Assembly (NCBI GenBank): GCA_001314865.1 | Contig: LJZR01000023.1 | Span: 857 to 64,856, forward strand | DNA from: Phormidesmis priestleyi Ana | Lineage (GTDB): Bacteria; Cyanobacteriota; Cyanobacteriia; Phormidesmidales; Phormidesmidaceae | Direction of reading: 5' to 3' | Length of the DNA: 64,000 nucleotides | In this document: in pieces, positions 1-11,202 of the stretch | Layout of the letters: every line of letters starts with the position of its first letter | Position numbering within the stretch: position 1 is the stretch's first letter | The notes under the pieces: generated by a model | Seen by the model: the letters and a program-made list of their open reading frames with translations, nothing else | The model's database searches: none | Told to the model about the DNA's origin: nothing | Made by a program: the position numbers and the translations under genes

Positions 1-88
1 CGAAGATGGGTTTCCCCCCCTTCAAAATTCATGGGTGCTTCGTATTATTTAGCTAGGAACCTGCTTTAGTCACTTCGGTTATTCCCCT

Positions 89-1567
89 ATGGGCAACTCA
101 TCTTCTTCCAACAGTCTTTCAAATGGGGTCAGGTCTGCTTCGAATCTAGAAAGCACAGGCCCAGAAAGTGCTGATAGATTGGCGTCGCCTAACGATGAGG
201 TACGCTATCAGCAGGCGATCGCATCCATCACCACCCTAATCCAAAAGCTCGACCTTTCTCCGCGAGAACGCGCTGGCCTCAAAACAGACATCACCCACCT
301 TCATAACGTATTAGCCAAGTTAGAAAATCAGGTATTGCACATCGCAGTCTTCGGCATGGTAGGCCGGGGCAAATCCTCACTGCTCAATGCGCTCGTTGGC
401 CAGTCTATTTTTCAAACGGGGCCGCTGCATGGAGTGACACAACAGGCAGAAAGCATTCACTGGCAAATAGAAGCAGACGACCCGCCCCTCTTGCCAAATC
501 TGCATAAAGCCACGCTAACTGGCCAGCAATTAGCACGAGTAGAACTCATTGATACGCCCGGAATTGACGAAGTGGGGGGCGATCAAAGACAGGCGATCGC
601 CCAAAAAATTGCCCACCAAGCCGACCTCATTCTATTTGTCATCGCAGGCGACCTAACGCAGCTTGAGCATACGGCCCTCAGCGAACTGCGACAGGCGGGC
701 AAGCCCATTTTGCTAGTACTCAATAAAATCGACCAGTATCCTCCACGCGACCGAGATCAGATTCTGACCACGCTCAAAGAGCAGCGCCTAAATAACCTAC
801 TGCCGCCGGAAAATGTCATTACCGCCGCTGCTGCGCCCCTTGTCATCCAAGCAGTTCGATCGCCCTCCGGCAAGCTTACAACCCATACCGAACGCGGCCA
901 GCCCGATGTCAGCGCGCTAAAGCTCAAAGTGCTAGAAATTCTACAGCGAGACGGCAAGGCGCTGATTGCGCTCAATACGCTGCTGTATGCCGATGAAATT
1001 AATGAACAGGTCGTTGCGCAAAAGCTCTCTATCCGCGATCGCGCCGCTGACGATACCATTTGGAAAACGACCCTCACCAAGTCCGTCGCTGTCGCCCTCA
1101 ATCCAGTCACATTGGTCGATTTACTCGGCGGCGCCGCAATTGACATTGCCTTGATCATCGCCTTGGGCCGAATCTATGGGCTAGAAATGACCCAACGCGG
1201 TGCAACCCAGCTCCTCAAAGAGATTGCACTGGCGATGGGTGGCCTGACCCTAAGTGAACTCGTCGTTAGCTTTGGCTTAAGCGGTCTCAAAAGCGCCCTA
1301 GCAGCGGCGGCCATTCCAACTGGTGGGCTCACAGCCACCCCTTATGTATCAGTGGCGCTGACCCAGGCAGCCGTGTCGGGCGTTTCAACCTATGCGATCG
1401 CCCAAATCGCCAAAACCTACCTCGCCAACGGCGCGACCTGGGGTAGCAACAGCCCTAAAGCCGTCGCCGCCAGCATCCTTAGTGATCTAGACGAAGAATC
1501 GATCATGAGCCAAATCAAAACAGCACTCGCCGAAAAGCTCGACCTAAAATCACACTGGCAAAAATAA
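89..1567 (+). CDS. Era-like small GTP-binding protein with C-terminal DUF697/YcjF-type membrane domain
   Basis: G1 GMVGRGKSS, G3 DTPG, G4 NKID; hydrophobic C-terminal helices. Confidence 0.8.
   Translation: MGNSSSSNSLSNGVRSASNLESTGPESADRLASPNDEVRYQQAIASITTLIQKLDLSPRERAGLKTDITHLHNVLAKLENQVLHIAVFGMVGRGKSSLLNALVGQSIFQTGPLHGVTQQAESIHWQIEADDPPLLPNLHKATLTGQQLARVELIDTPGIDEVGGDQRQAIAQKIAHQADLILFVIAGDLTQLEHTALSELRQAGKPILLVLNKIDQYPPRDRDQILTTLKEQRLNNLLPPENVITAAAAPLVIQAVRSPSGKLTTHTERGQPDVSALKLKVLEILQRDGKALIALNTLLYADEINEQVVAQKLSIRDRAADDTIWKTTLTKSVAVALNPVTLVDLLGGAAIDIALIIALGRIYGLEMTQRGATQLLKEIALAMGGLTLSELVVSFGLSGLKSALAAAAIPTGGLTATPYVSVALTQAAVSGVSTYAIAQIAKTYLANGATWGSNSPKAVAASILSDLDEESIMSQIKTALAEKLDLKSHWQK
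215..222. repeat. HIP1 octamer GCGATCGC (one example; recurs throughout the window, e.g. 593-600, 2620-2627)
   Basis: Direct reading; HIP1 over-representation is an established hallmark of many cyanobacterial genomes. Confidence 0.9.
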
Positions 1568-1615
1568 AGGCACCCGGCTTGTTCTCAGCAAAAACCAACC
1601 CAATGAAAAGTAATC

Positions 1616-1668
1616 AAAAGCCCGCCCCTAGTCATGATCTGGCGATCATCCTAGGAAGCGGGCCTTTT
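1616..1668. terminator. Probable bidirectional intrinsic terminator between convergent genes
   Basis: AAAAG-CCCGC..CCTAG..GATC/GATC..CTAGG..GCGGG-CCTTTT interrupted hairpin with A and T tracts on the two sides. Confidence 0.6.
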
Positions 1669-1727
1669 ATTGCTTTAGAAAAGCAATAACTAAAACTCAC
1701 TAAAACTGGAACGCTAAGGCTTGAGGT

Positions 1728-2687
1728 CTAAGGACTCCCAGAAGCCCCTCCAGCAGGCCCCGCCTCATTAACGAAGTTAGACGGCCCTTCATATCCAGAA
1801 GCCAGCGCCAGCGTTTCTAAGCTTTGTGTTCCCGCCAAAAACTCACCATTGACTTCCCAGGTGGGGAAACCGGTCAGCTCAGGAACAGCCTGACACAGCG
1901 CCGTTTGAGATTTTAGACCGTCTGGCGCACATTCTATATAAGGCATCTCTGCAACCGCTTCTTGGCCAAACAGCTGCTTTTGATCATGACAGTGCGGGCA
2001 CCAATAAGCGCCATACATCTTGGCATCAATCTCGGCAAGATGCTTGGCTAGCCCAATCTCCGCTTCACTAGAGGCAGTCGTCACCGCCGGGCCACCGCCG
2101 GGAACTTCCACAGCAGTATTTCCAGCGCCTAATGTACCATCGGCGGCATACACGCCAAAGGTACTCACTAGGGCAACCATCGCGATAATCGCTCCGCTAA
2201 AAAGCAGCTGCCCCCGGTCATCCCAGCGCCGACCTATCACAGTCAACACAAACATTGCGGTAGACATCAGTGCCGAGGCGATGCAGTAAGGACACACCTC
2301 TTTAAGATCAGTGATCAGCACAAACATTAAAAAGCCACTGAAAATCATCATGCCGGTAGAACCGACAAACAGCAGCGGCCAGGTCCAGCCTTCTAGCTTG
2401 ACCCGTAAGTCTTTATTACTTTCAGCATTCACCAGCAGCGGCGCAACCGCCAACACCAGCATAGAAAGATAGGCCAAACAGCCAAACAGCGTCAGGGGTT
2501 GACCAAATATCTCAGCCCATTTGCTGTTGAGCACCTTATCACAGCCAGTGCCACAGGCAGCTGTTGTTTGCATCAGCTTAGTCGCAGTCAAATAGCCCGT
2601 ACCGGCGGCTCCGACAGCCGCGATCGCGCCAATTATCGGGCGCGACCAGCGATGAATCCAAAGCGTTTCCTGGCGACGACGTCTCAT
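1728..2687 (-). CDS. Vitamin K epoxide reductase (VKOR) fused to thioredoxin-like domain (DsbB/DsbA-like disulfide formation)
   Basis: CGTGCDKVLNS, TM helices with CPYC, C-terminal WCPHC and GFPTW. Confidence 0.9.
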   Translation of the reverse strand: MRRRRQETLWIHRWSRPIIGAIAAVGAAGTGYLTATKLMQTTAACGTGCDKVLNSKWAEIFGQPLTLFGCLAYLSMLVLAVAPLLVNAESNKDLRVKLEGWTWPLLFVGSTGMMIFSGFLMFVLITDLKEVCPYCIASALMSTAMFVLTVIGRRWDDRGQLLFSGAIIAMVALVSTFGVYAADGTLGAGNTAVEVPGGGPAVTTASSEAEIGLAKHLAEIDAKMYGAYWCPHCHDQKQLFGQEAVAEMPYIECAPDGLKSQTALCQAVPELTGFPTWEVNGEFLAGTQSLETLALASGYEGPSNFVNEAGPAGGASGSP

Positions 2688-2851
2688 AGTTGATTGAGGG
2701 GTTATTGAGGGGGTTATTGAGAGGGTTAACTAAACAGTTGATTACAATTGATTACAACAGTTGATTAGAATGGCACTGAAATCCTAGATCAAAAATACCC
2801 GTGAGTGATCAAAATCCTGTCAGTTCCTCATCCAGCACAAACTGTCAGCCA

Positions 2852-3703
2852 CTAGCCGACAACCATAGGATGAGTCCCTAAGATAGGTTTCACATCGGGG
2901 GTAAGCAGCGCCTGCTGCATCGTCATAACTAAATCACGCACTCGAATCGGGTCAATTGGCTGCTCAATTTGGCCCTTACGCTTCAGTGAGCTTGACACAA
3001 TCACACCATCTACTGAGCGAATTAACTCGGCAACATTATCCACGCTCGCTCCGCTACCAATAAACACTGGCGTATCGCCAGCCGCCGCTTTAGCCAGCTG
3101 CAAGTCTTCCAAGCTGGGCGGCCTACCCGTCGCCCAGCCCGACAAAATCACGCCGTCGGCCAGGCCACGCTGAATCGTGTCTTCTACCGCTGCAAATAAG
3201 TGAGGCTCACCCAGCGGCGTCGCATGCTTCACCAGCACATCAGCCAAAATTTTGACATCCGCCCCTAGCTCTCGGCGGTAGCGCAATATGGCATGCGCCT
3301 CGCCCTCAATCAGGCCTTGGTCTGTGGCCATTACGCCGGTGAGCACATTCACCCGCACAAAGCTCACACTCGTACAGGCGGCGATCGCCAGGGCGCTACG
3401 AGCATCGTTACGCAACACATTAATGCCTATCGGCAGCGTCACTAGCTGCTTCAGGCGCTCTACCACCAGCGTCATTGCGCTCACCACCGCCGGGTCTACA
3501 CAGGATTTAGGAAACGGCGCATCAAAAAAATTTTCGATTATGATGCCATGAGCACCACCGGCGGCTAGGGCCGTCGCCTCCTGCTCAGCGCGGGCAATTA
3601 CCGCCCGCAAGTCTCCCTGCCATCTCGGAGATGTCGGGAGGGGCAGCAAATGAACTACGCCAATCATCGGATTAGCTGTTTTGAAAATCTGAATTAAGTC
3701 CAC
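2852..3703 (-). CDS. btpA: Photosystem I biogenesis protein BtpA (BtpA/SgcQ family)
   Basis: IGVVHLLPLPTSPRW, IENFFDAPF, GINVLRND, ADVLVKHA motifs; GTG start. Confidence 0.9.
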   Translation of the reverse strand: MDLIQIFKTANPMIGVVHLLPLPTSPRWQGDLRAVIARAEQEATALAAGGAHGIIIENFFDAPFPKSCVDPAVVSAMTLVVERLKQLVTLPIGINVLRNDARSALAIAACTSVSFVRVNVLTGVMATDQGLIEGEAHAILRYRRELGADVKILADVLVKHATPLGEPHLFAAVEDTIQRGLADGVILSGWATGRPPSLEDLQLAKAAAGDTPVFIGSGASVDNVAELIRSVDGVIVSSSLKRKGQIEQPIDPIRVRDLVMTMQQALLTPDVKPILGTHPMVVG

Positions 3704-3948
3704 GGGGGGTTCTGATCTCGGACTCGTGATATCGTCTCATATAAAATTAGCAGCTAAAGCTCAAACCACAGGAGATTCTAAAAAGCTAGGTGCTTAATCT
3801 TCACTCTCCCCCAACTATGTAGTTATGTTATGATTTGTATAGATAGGAGATTGGCTTGTTTTAACCCAGATTTACTCCTATGTTCATTTTGCTGAAGGCA
3901 GCTTACCTAATAGTAGCGGCCCTGAGCATTTTACCCTGAGAGTATTTC

Positions 3949-5304
3949 ATGGGACAAAAGCCCACCATCGCACTGTCGCACCTAGGCTGTGAAAAAAATC
4001 GAGTAGATAGTGAACATATGCTTGGCCTACTGGCGCAAGCGGGCTACGGCATAGGCGCTAGCGAAGAAAATGCCGACTATGTCATTGTCAACACCTGTAG
4101 CTTTATTCAATCCGCCCGAGAAGAATCAGTCCGCACCCTGGTAGAACTGGCCGAAGCAAACAAAAAAATTGTCATCACGGGCTGTCTAGCACAGCACTTT
4201 CAAGACGAACTGCTAGCAGAAATTCCCGAGGCCGTCGCCTTAGTAGGGACTGGCGACTACGGCAAAATTGTCGATGTGATTGAGCGAGCTGAAACCGGAG
4301 AGCGGGTTAAAGTCGTTTCGGCAGAGCCTACCTACATTGCTGATGAAACAGTGCCTCGGTATCGCACCACCTCTGAAGGGGTAGCCTATGTTCGGGTAGC
4401 CGAAGGCTGCGACTACAAATGCGCTTTCTGCATTATTCCGCACCTGCGCGGCAAACAGCGATCGCGCCCTATCGAATCCATTGTCACCGAAGCACACCAG
4501 CTTGCAGCCCAAGGCGTTCAAGAGCTGGTTCTCATCTCTCAAATCACCACCAACTACGGCGTAGATCTCTATGGCAAACCCCAGCTAGCTGAGCTCATTC
4601 GAGCCCTCGGCGACGTTGATGTGCCCTGGGTACGAATGCACTATGCCTACCCTACCGGGCTCACACCCGCCGTCATCCAGGCCATTCAAGACACACCCAA
4701 TGCCCTACCTTACTTAGATCTGCCCTTACAGCACTCGCATCCCGCCGTCCTTAGGGCAATGAACCGGCCCTGGCAGGGTCAGGTCAACGATGAAATCATT
4801 CACAACCTCAAAGCTGCCCTCCCCGACGCCGTCCTCAGAACCACCTTCATCGTGGGCTTCCCAGGCGAAACTGAAGAACATTTCGAGCATCTACAAGCCT
4901 TCGTCCAAAAGCATGAGTTTGACCATGTCGGCGTTTTCACCTTCTCCCCCGAAGAAGGCACCGCAGCCTACGATTTGCCCAATCAAATTGAGCAGTCCGT
5001 TAAAGAAGCTCGCCGCGAAGCGATTATGCTCACCCAGCAAGAAATTTCCTTCCGGCGCAACCAAACCCAAATCGGCAAGGTCGTAGATGTCCTGATTGAG
5101 CAAGAAAATCCATCTACTGGCGAACTGATTGGCCGCAGCGATCGCTTTGCCCCCGATGTCGATGGACTGGTGTATGTCAAAGGTCAAGCCCCGCTCGGCC
5201 AGCTCATCCCTGTACTCATCGAAGCTGCCGATGCCTATGACCTATTCGGATCGATTGCAGTACCCGCTGCAGTACCCGCCGTCGTAACAAAAACACTTGC
5301 TTAA
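3949..5304 (+). CDS. rimO: Ribosomal protein S12 methylthiotransferase RimO
   Basis: HLGCEKN, NTCSFI, radical [12 protein letters not shown]-terminal TRAM domain with APDVDG. Confidence 0.95.
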   Translation: MGQKPTIALSHLGCEKNRVDSEHMLGLLAQAGYGIGASEENADYVIVNTCSFIQSAREESVRTLVELAEANKKIVITGCLAQHFQDELLAEIPEAVALVGTGDYGKIVDVIERAETGERVKVVSAEPTYIADETVPRYRTTSEGVAYVRVAEGCDYKCAFCIIPHLRGKQRSRPIESIVTEAHQLAAQGVQELVLISQITTNYGVDLYGKPQLAELIRALGDVDVPWVRMHYAYPTGLTPAVIQAIQDTPNALPYLDLPLQHSHPAVLRAMNRPWQGQVNDEIIHNLKAALPDAVLRTTFIVGFPGETEEHFEHLQAFVQKHEFDHVGVFTFSPEEGTAAYDLPNQIEQSVKEARREAIMLTQQEISFRRNQTQIGKVVDVLIEQENPSTGELIGRSDRFAPDVDGLVYVKGQAPLGQLIPVLIEAADAYDLFGSIAVPAAVPAVVTKTLA

Positions 5305-5324
5305 CTCTCGCATATAGGAACGTA

Positions 5325-6764
5325 ATGACCTCTTCATTTGCTGATCTAGGACTTTCTTCTGCTCGTGTCGACCACCTCAGTGCATTGGGCTTCACCGAGC
5401 CTACGGCCATTCAAGCTCGGGCCATTCCGCAGCTGCTCTCGGGGCACGATGTCGTGGGACTAGCGCAAACAGGAACAGGCAAAACGGCGGCTTTTTCACT
5501 GCCCATACTAGAGCAGATCAATGCTGCTCATCGCTATGTGCAGGCACTAGTAATCACGCCGACTCGTGAACTGGCCATGCAAGTGAGTCAGGCAATGGAA
5601 AGCTTCAACACCGACCACAGGCTCTATGTCACCTCGGTTTACGGCGGGCAATCTATCGGCCAGCAACTCAGCCGCCTTAAGCGAGGCTCTCAAATTGTAG
5701 TGGGTACACCCGGTCGCATCATTGACCTAATTGATCGGGGCGGACTGATGCTCGATCAGCTCAGCATGATGGTGCTAGATGAAGCCGATGAAATGCTCAA
5801 CATGGGCTTTATTCAAGATGTCGAAAAAATTCTGTCCTACACGCCTGACGAGCGCCAAACTGCTTTTTTCTCGGCCACCATGGACCCGGCCATTCAAAAG
5901 CTGGCAACTCGGTTTCTCAAATCTCCCGTTACTGTGAGTGTAGAGCCTCAAAAAACCTCTGCTGCTCGGATCAAGCAGATTGGATATGTTGTGCCTACTG
6001 GCTGGAGCAAGCCCAGAGCGCTGATGCCCATCTTAGAAATAGAAGATCCTGAATCGGCAATTATTTTTGTGCGGACTCGCCGCACGGCTGCTGAACTCAC
6101 CAAACAGCTTCAGGCCGCTGGGCACAGCGCCGATGAATACCATGGTGACCTCACCCAGTCTCAGCGTGAAAGACTGCTGCAAAGGTTCAAACAAAGACAG
6201 GTGCGCTGGGTTGTAGCCACCGACATTGCCGCTCGTGGCATTCATGTAGACGATCTGAGCCATGTGATTAACTACGAATTGCCCGACAACCTAGACAGCT
6301 ACGTTCATCGCATCGGTCGCACTGGCCGAGCCGGCAAAGAAGGCCGCGCCATTTCAATTGTAACGACCTTAGAAAAGTACAAACTCTCTAGAGTAGAAAA
6401 GCGCTTTGGCAAAAAAGTAGAATATGCCAAGGTGCCCACTCAGGCTGAAATTGCGGCTCGTAATCTAGAAAAACTTCAGTCACAGGTTCGAGAAGCCGTC
6501 ACTAGCGAGCGTCTGGCCTCGTTCTTACCCATTGTGTCTCAGCTCAGTGAAGAATTTGACATTCGCACGATTGCCGCTGCTGCCTTACAAATGGCCTATG
6601 ACAAAGCCCGTCCGGCTCACCTGCGAACAGAAGAATATGTAGAGGATAAGCCTAAGCCCAAACCTAGGCTCATCCGGCAGCCGCGCGCACACCAGTCTAG
6701 CGGGCAGTCAAACAACACACAGGTCAGAGAAGTAGAAACGCCGTCCAGTCAAAACCGCAGATAA
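5325..6764 (+). CDS. crhR: DEAD-box RNA helicase (CrhR/DeaD type)
   Basis: AQTGTGKT, PTRELA, DEAD, SAT, HRIGRTGRAG; sits directly after rimO as in the known cyanobacterial rimO-crhR operon. Confidence 0.85.
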   Translation: MTSSFADLGLSSARVDHLSALGFTEPTAIQARAIPQLLSGHDVVGLAQTGTGKTAAFSLPILEQINAAHRYVQALVITPTRELAMQVSQAMESFNTDHRLYVTSVYGGQSIGQQLSRLKRGSQIVVGTPGRIIDLIDRGGLMLDQLSMMVLDEADEMLNMGFIQDVEKILSYTPDERQTAFFSATMDPAIQKLATRFLKSPVTVSVEPQKTSAARIKQIGYVVPTGWSKPRALMPILEIEDPESAIIFVRTRRTAAELTKQLQAAGHSADEYHGDLTQSQRERLLQRFKQRQVRWVVATDIAARGIHVDDLSHVINYELPDNLDSYVHRIGRTGRAGKEGRAISIVTTLEKYKLSRVEKRFGKKVEYAKVPTQAEIAARNLEKLQSQVREAVTSERLASFLPIVSQLSEEFDIRTIAAAALQMAYDKARPAHLRTEEYVEDKPKPKPRLIRQPRAHQSSGQSNNTQVREVETPSSQNRR

Positions 6765-6979
6765 CTCGGCAACTTAAATTACAGGGGATCTTGGCTTTTC
6801 AGATTGCTTGTATCAAGGTCTCCTGTAGAAATAAAAAGAATCTTTGCCGTTTTATCGCTTGTGTAAAACCTCATACATTTTCCTCAGACCACTGCTTTAA
6901 GATAGAGGCATCCATATCAGGGCACTCAGATATTCTCAGGGGTATTCTCAGGTGGCATAGTGAGTGGAGCGGCAAACGT

Positions 6980-7189
6980 ATGTTAGTTATTCTTACCGAA
7001 AACCAGCTTTTGCAACCGGCTAAGGTTTGCCAGAGCTGCCCCATGGCAAGTCAAAGTGGCTTACCCCGCTGGCACAATGGGCAGCTAAGATGTGGCCGCC
7101 TAGTAGCTAAGCCTTTGGGCCAAGCACCCGCCCAATACGAATGTGCAATGGGCTTTCGGGTAGCGGAGCTATCTGATAGTGCTACCTGA
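6980..7189 (+). CDS. Small Cys-rich hypothetical protein (69 aa), start re-assigned to ATG 6980
   Basis: MLVILTENQLL..CQSC..C..ECAMGFRVAEL; upstream part of the 6791 ORF looks non-coding. Confidence 0.65.
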   Translation: MLVILTENQLLQPAKVCQSCPMASQSGLPRWHNGQLRCGRLVAKPLGQAPAQYECAMGFRVAELSDSAT

Positions 7190-7352
7190 TTTGCTTAGAG
7201 TGTTTGGTTTTACAAACTTCTAACCCAGCAGAATCTCTAACCAGCAAAATCCCTACCAACTAGAGTGAATACGCTATGCTAAAGACATTTTGCGGCTGTT
7301 CTTGATGGCCTACAAAAGTATCTAAAACATAGCCAAAACATAGGAGTTTGTT

Positions 7353-7841
7353 ATGAACGCTTCTGCTTCCCCACTCGACAGAGCTTTTTCGGCGCTAGCA
7401 TATGTCATGCCCCTAGCTTCTGCGTTGGATGCAGGGTCTTACTTTTTTAGATTTTTGGCTAGTCAAGCTCCGCCGCTACTCAATATTATTCGCCTCATTC
7501 TGCTGCCGTTAGAGCCCCTCATTGCAATCGAAAATAGCATTTGGGGGCTAGGCGTTTTCATCCTGTTGTTTCTCTTTGTCATTAGAAACGAAAAGATCAG
7601 CCGATTCATTCGCTTCAACGTGTTGCAGGCAATTTTAGTCAGCTTCGTAATTTCTATCACGCTGCTGGTATTGGGCTTGCTTCAGCTGACGGGCGATAAT
7701 TTGATTGGCGAAACGCTCTCTAACGTTATGTTTTTAGGCGGCATGGCGATTGTGATTTATTCTGTGGCGCAATCGGTGCTGGGTAGATACGCTGAGATTC
7801 CCACTATCTCTGATGCGGTGAATATGCAGATGCCCTATTAA
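7353..7841 (+). CDS. Tic20/Ycf60 family membrane protein
   Basis: LAYVMPL, SRFIRFNVLQAIL, YAEIPTISDAV motifs; four hydrophobic segments. Confidence 0.85.
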   Translation: MNASASPLDRAFSALAYVMPLASALDAGSYFFRFLASQAPPLLNIIRLILLPLEPLIAIENSIWGLGVFILLFLFVIRNEKISRFIRFNVLQAILVSFVISITLLVLGLLQLTGDNLIGETLSNVMFLGGMAIVIYSVAQSVLGRYAEIPTISDAVNMQMPY

Positions 7842-7923
7842 CCCCTACTAGCCAATTACGAAGAGTAGGGAGACTGGGAAAATTAGGCAGATTGGGCAGG
7901 TGCTTGATCAGAAGCTTTAAGGA

Positions 7924-7965
7924 CTAGAGACTACACTCTAGAGACTACACTCTAGAGACTACATT
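7924..7965. repeat. Tandem repeat, 14-mer CTAGAGACTACACT x3
   Basis: Direct reading. Confidence 0.9.
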
Positions 7966-7979
7966 CTGGAAATTTCATA

Positions 7980-8789
7980 TCATTGCAGCGCTAGCTCTTT
8001 TGAGGCTGGCGCTTTTATTTTGGGATGTACGACGTTCTCTAAGCTGCCGATGCCTTCAATGGCAATGCGAATGCGATCGCCTAATTTAACGGCCCCCACG
8101 CCTTCAGGCGTACCAGTCAAAATAACATCGCCTGGCAGCAGTGTGATTGCCTGACTAATGTAAGCAACCAAAAACTCAGGCGAAAAAATCATATCGGCGA
8201 TAGAAGCCGACTGAACAGGCTCAGCAGCTGAATTAAGAAAGGTCTGTAGCTGCGCGCCAGCGGGAATTTCTCTGACAATCCAAGGCCCTAGCGGACAAAA
8301 CGAATCGAACCCTTTTGCCCGAGTCCACTGACTTTCCTGCCGCTGTAGGTCGCGAGCAGTGACATCGTTAGCAATGGTATAGCCCCATATTTTGCTACGC
8401 GCCTCTTCAATTTCACAGTCGGTCGCGCGATCGCCAATCACAACAGCCAGCTCGCCCTCATAGTCCACCCGCTCCGACTGAGGTGGATAGAAAATCGGTG
8501 CATCTGCAGCCGTTACCGCTGTCGGCGGTTTCATAAAAAGCAATGGCTGCTTTGGGAGGTCGTTGCCTAATTCAGCTGCATGTTTGGCATAGTTTCGGCC
8601 CACTGCAATCACCTTAGAAGGCGCACAGGGCGCGAGCAGTCGATAGTCTTCAAAAGCAAGCTCTAGCGAAGTTAACTGGCCATTGCGCCACGGCGGTGCG
8701 TCTAGCAGTTGCACAGTGCGGTCAGCCTGTAACAAGCCGTAGTGCAGCTGACCCGATGACGATTGAACTCTAACGTAGCGATGCGCCAT
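7980..8789 (-). CDS. Fumarylacetoacetate hydrolase family protein
   Basis: VGRNYAKHAAEL, DYEGEL, NDVTARD, KGFDSFCPLGP, TGTPEGVG. Confidence 0.9.
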   Translation of the reverse strand: MAHRYVRVQSSSGQLHYGLLQADRTVQLLDAPPWRNGQLTSLELAFEDYRLLAPCAPSKVIAVGRNYAKHAAELGNDLPKQPLLFMKPPTAVTAADAPIFYPPQSERVDYEGELAVVIGDRATDCEIEEARSKIWGYTIANDVTARDLQRQESQWTRAKGFDSFCPLGPWIVREIPAGAQLQTFLNSAAEPVQSASIADMIFSPEFLVAYISQAITLLPGDVILTGTPEGVGAVKLGDRIRIAIEGIGSLENVVHPKIKAPASKELALQ

Positions 8790-9042
8790 AGGTTTGCGGC
8801 TGTTTTTCTAGTGACAACTTGACCAGTTATGCGTCAGTTATTGGTATGATTGTAGACCCTTGCTTTTATCCGCGCTAACACCAAACGGGTTCGCCCCTGT
8901 TAAAAGCTTAAATTAAGCCTGCTAAGGAAGCCTGCGAAGAAGCTATTTCAAAAACTTCTTGTAAGCAGATCTTAAAAAGCCTTAAAAAGCATTGTAAGCC
9001 AGGCTAAAGGCCCTACGACCATAAGGATCTCATTTTATAGCT

Positions 9043-9396
9043 ATGAACACGCTTTACGAAACCATGTACATTCTACGGCCCGATCTAGGCGACGAAGCCG
9101 TCGATCAGGCGATTAGCCGCTATCAGGATATGCTGACCGAAAGCGGCGCTGAGGATATGGAAACCCAGCACCGAGGCAAGCGCCGTCTCGCCTATGAAAT
9201 CAATCGCTACCGCGAAGGCATTTATATTCAAATGAACTACGCTGCGCCCGGCACTGCGATCGCCCCTATGGAGCGCGCCATGCGCCTGAGCGAAGAAGTG
9301 ATTCGCTATCTCACCATTCGATTTGAAGAGCCCGCCGAAGGCAGCGAAGATCGCGAACCTCAAAAAGTGGAATTTTCAGCGCCCTTAGGCAGCTAG
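9043..9396 (+). CDS. rpsF: 30S ribosomal protein S6
   Basis: [25 protein letters not shown]. Confidence 0.95.
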   Translation: MNTLYETMYILRPDLGDEAVDQAISRYQDMLTESGAEDMETQHRGKRRLAYEINRYREGIYIQMNYAAPGTAIAPMERAMRLSEEVIRYLTIRFEEPAEGSEDREPQKVEFSAPLGS

Positions 9397-9467
9397 CGCA
9401 ATTATTAAGCGCAACTATCACAAGATTTTCCTAAATCAGAAAAATCTTAAATTAGTAAAGTTATCTT

Positions 9468-9506
9468 AGGCAGACATTACCGCAAGCGGTAGTGTCTGCC
9501 TTTTTT
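9468..9506 (+). terminator. Intrinsic terminator downstream of rpsF
   Basis: GGCAGACATTACCGC-AA-GCGGTAGTGTCTGCC followed by TTTTTT. Confidence 0.85.
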
Positions 9507-9694
9507 GGCTATTGGCTAGGGCTATTCCTAGCCTAGCCGATGTGCCTGTGCGCTTACAGCCTCACACACCGGTATTCTTTATCACATGGCATCTCAGTCT
9601 TCACTAGGTTTCGAGACCTAGAACATCAGTGGTATAGATTCTAAGGGTGAATCTCGTATCACGAAAAGACCATCGCTAGGAGACAGGTGCGCAA

Positions 9695-10249
9695 GTGACC
9701 CAGGCAGGTGTAAATACTCAGTCAGAAATAGCCCGCCTACGCGAAGAACTCGCGATGCGCGACCAGCTAGTGCAACAGCTCTCCCAAGAACTTTTCCGAC
9801 TAGTGAAGGGCAATCAGGATTTTATGCCGGCCCCCGAACTATCGGCACAGCATCAGCAAGAAATGCAGTCGCTACGCGAGCAGCTGCGAAAACAGGAACA
9901 GCAGGTTGCTTTTTACCAAGAACAGATTGAAACCCAAAGCGAAGAAACCTACCAGCTGCGTCAGACGACACAAGAACTGACCGACCGAACAAGGATGCTA
10001 GAGCAGGTCGTGCAAGAACTACCCAGAGTTTATAAGGAAAAGTTTGCAGAGCGCATGAGCGCGGTTAAAGATCGCGTCGCCAAAATTCAGCAGGAAAACC
10101 GCCAGCTACAGGCTGAGCTACAAAGCACCAGCTATCGCCTAGCCGTGCGCAGCCGTCGTGGCAGCGACCATTTAGATCTCCCCACTTTTCCCAGTGAAAT
10201 GTTAGGAACAAATTCTATGGCCAGCTTTGCCAAAACCCACAAACCATAG
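9695..10249 (+). CDS. Coiled-coil hypothetical protein
   Basis: Q/E/L-rich heptad pattern over ~150 aa; GTG start after GGAG. Confidence 0.7.
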   Translation: MTQAGVNTQSEIARLREELAMRDQLVQQLSQELFRLVKGNQDFMPAPELSAQHQQEMQSLREQLRKQEQQVAFYQEQIETQSEETYQLRQTTQELTDRTRMLEQVVQELPRVYKEKFAERMSAVKDRVAKIQQENRQLQAELQSTSYRLAVRSRRGSDHLDLPTFPSEMLGTNSMASFAKTHKP

Positions 10250-10575
10250 ACCAGATAAAAGGAGCAGCCATAAAATCTAGATGATCGCCTAAAACACATT
10301 CATTTTTTCGCTCGGCTCTTAAAATAAAGTAAAAACTAAAGAACCGTAACTGTCACAGCGCCTATTAAAAGGAGAAGTGAAGCGTGGCAAGGTATGGTTA
10401 CTTTTTGGTGCGCTAAGAGGGTATCCGTAAATATCGAATTGACACACGATGGAATATTGCGCCAAGATAAGTGAGTATATAGAAAGTTAACAATTTTCAA
10501 CACTAGCTGCTTTGATAACTGCTTTGATAGGCAATCCGATTGGGCAATTAGTGTACTGGAGCAAGCACTTATAGC

Positions 10576-11202
10576 ATGGGCGAAATCATTTCTATCGAGA
10601 TCGTGCAGGATATTGCGCGTGAGTATGGCTACTGGGCCATATTCTTAGGTGTTTTACTAGAGAATATGGGCATCCCTATTCCCGGAGAAACCGTCACTCT
10701 CGTCGGTGGTTTTTTAGCGGGCAGTGATGAGCTGAACGTCTGGTACGTTTTAGGTGCTGCAACGGCGGGCGCTATTTTGGGCGATAGCGGTGGCTACTGG
10801 CTAGGCTACTATGGCGGTTGGCCGCTATTAGTGCGCGTTGGCAAAATTCTTAACGTGCCTGAGACAGCGCTGGTTGGACTCCGCGATCGCTTCAGCAAAA
10901 ACGCCGACAAAGCCGTTTTGCTCGGTCGGTTTGTCACGCTGCTGCGAGTATTTGCAGGGCCACTAGCAGGCATCACTAAAATGCCCTACGGCAAATTTTT
11001 GCTGTGCAATGCCATCGGTGCGGCCACTTGGGCCTCTGTCATGGTTAGCCTGACCTACTTTTTGGGGCAGCTGGTACCGCTGCCCACCATTATCAAGTGG
11101 ATTACCCAGTTTACGGGCATTGCACTGGTGTTGGTGATTGGATTTGTGGCGATCGCTTGGTGGATAGAAGCTCGCCGCGGAACCAAAACCGCCGAGCTCT
11201 AG
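10576..11202 (+). CDS. DedA family membrane protein
   Basis: LENMGIPIPGE, GDSGGYWLG, GRFVTLLRVFAGPLAG. Confidence 0.9.
   Translation: MGEIISIEIVQDIAREYGYWAIFLGVLLENMGIPIPGETVTLVGGFLAGSDELNVWYVLGAATAGAILGDSGGYWLGYYGGWPLLVRVGKILNVPETALVGLRDRFSKNADKAVLLGRFVTLLRVFAGPLAGITKMPYGKFLLCNAIGAATWASVMVSLTYFLGQLVPLPTIIKWITQFTGIALVLVIGFVAIAWWIEARRGTKTAEL

Noticed and set aside
9550-9580. CCTCACACACC as Yfr1 sRNA core
   Set aside because: Only a partial match to the ACTCCTCACAC motif, and no downstream terminator in the expected position
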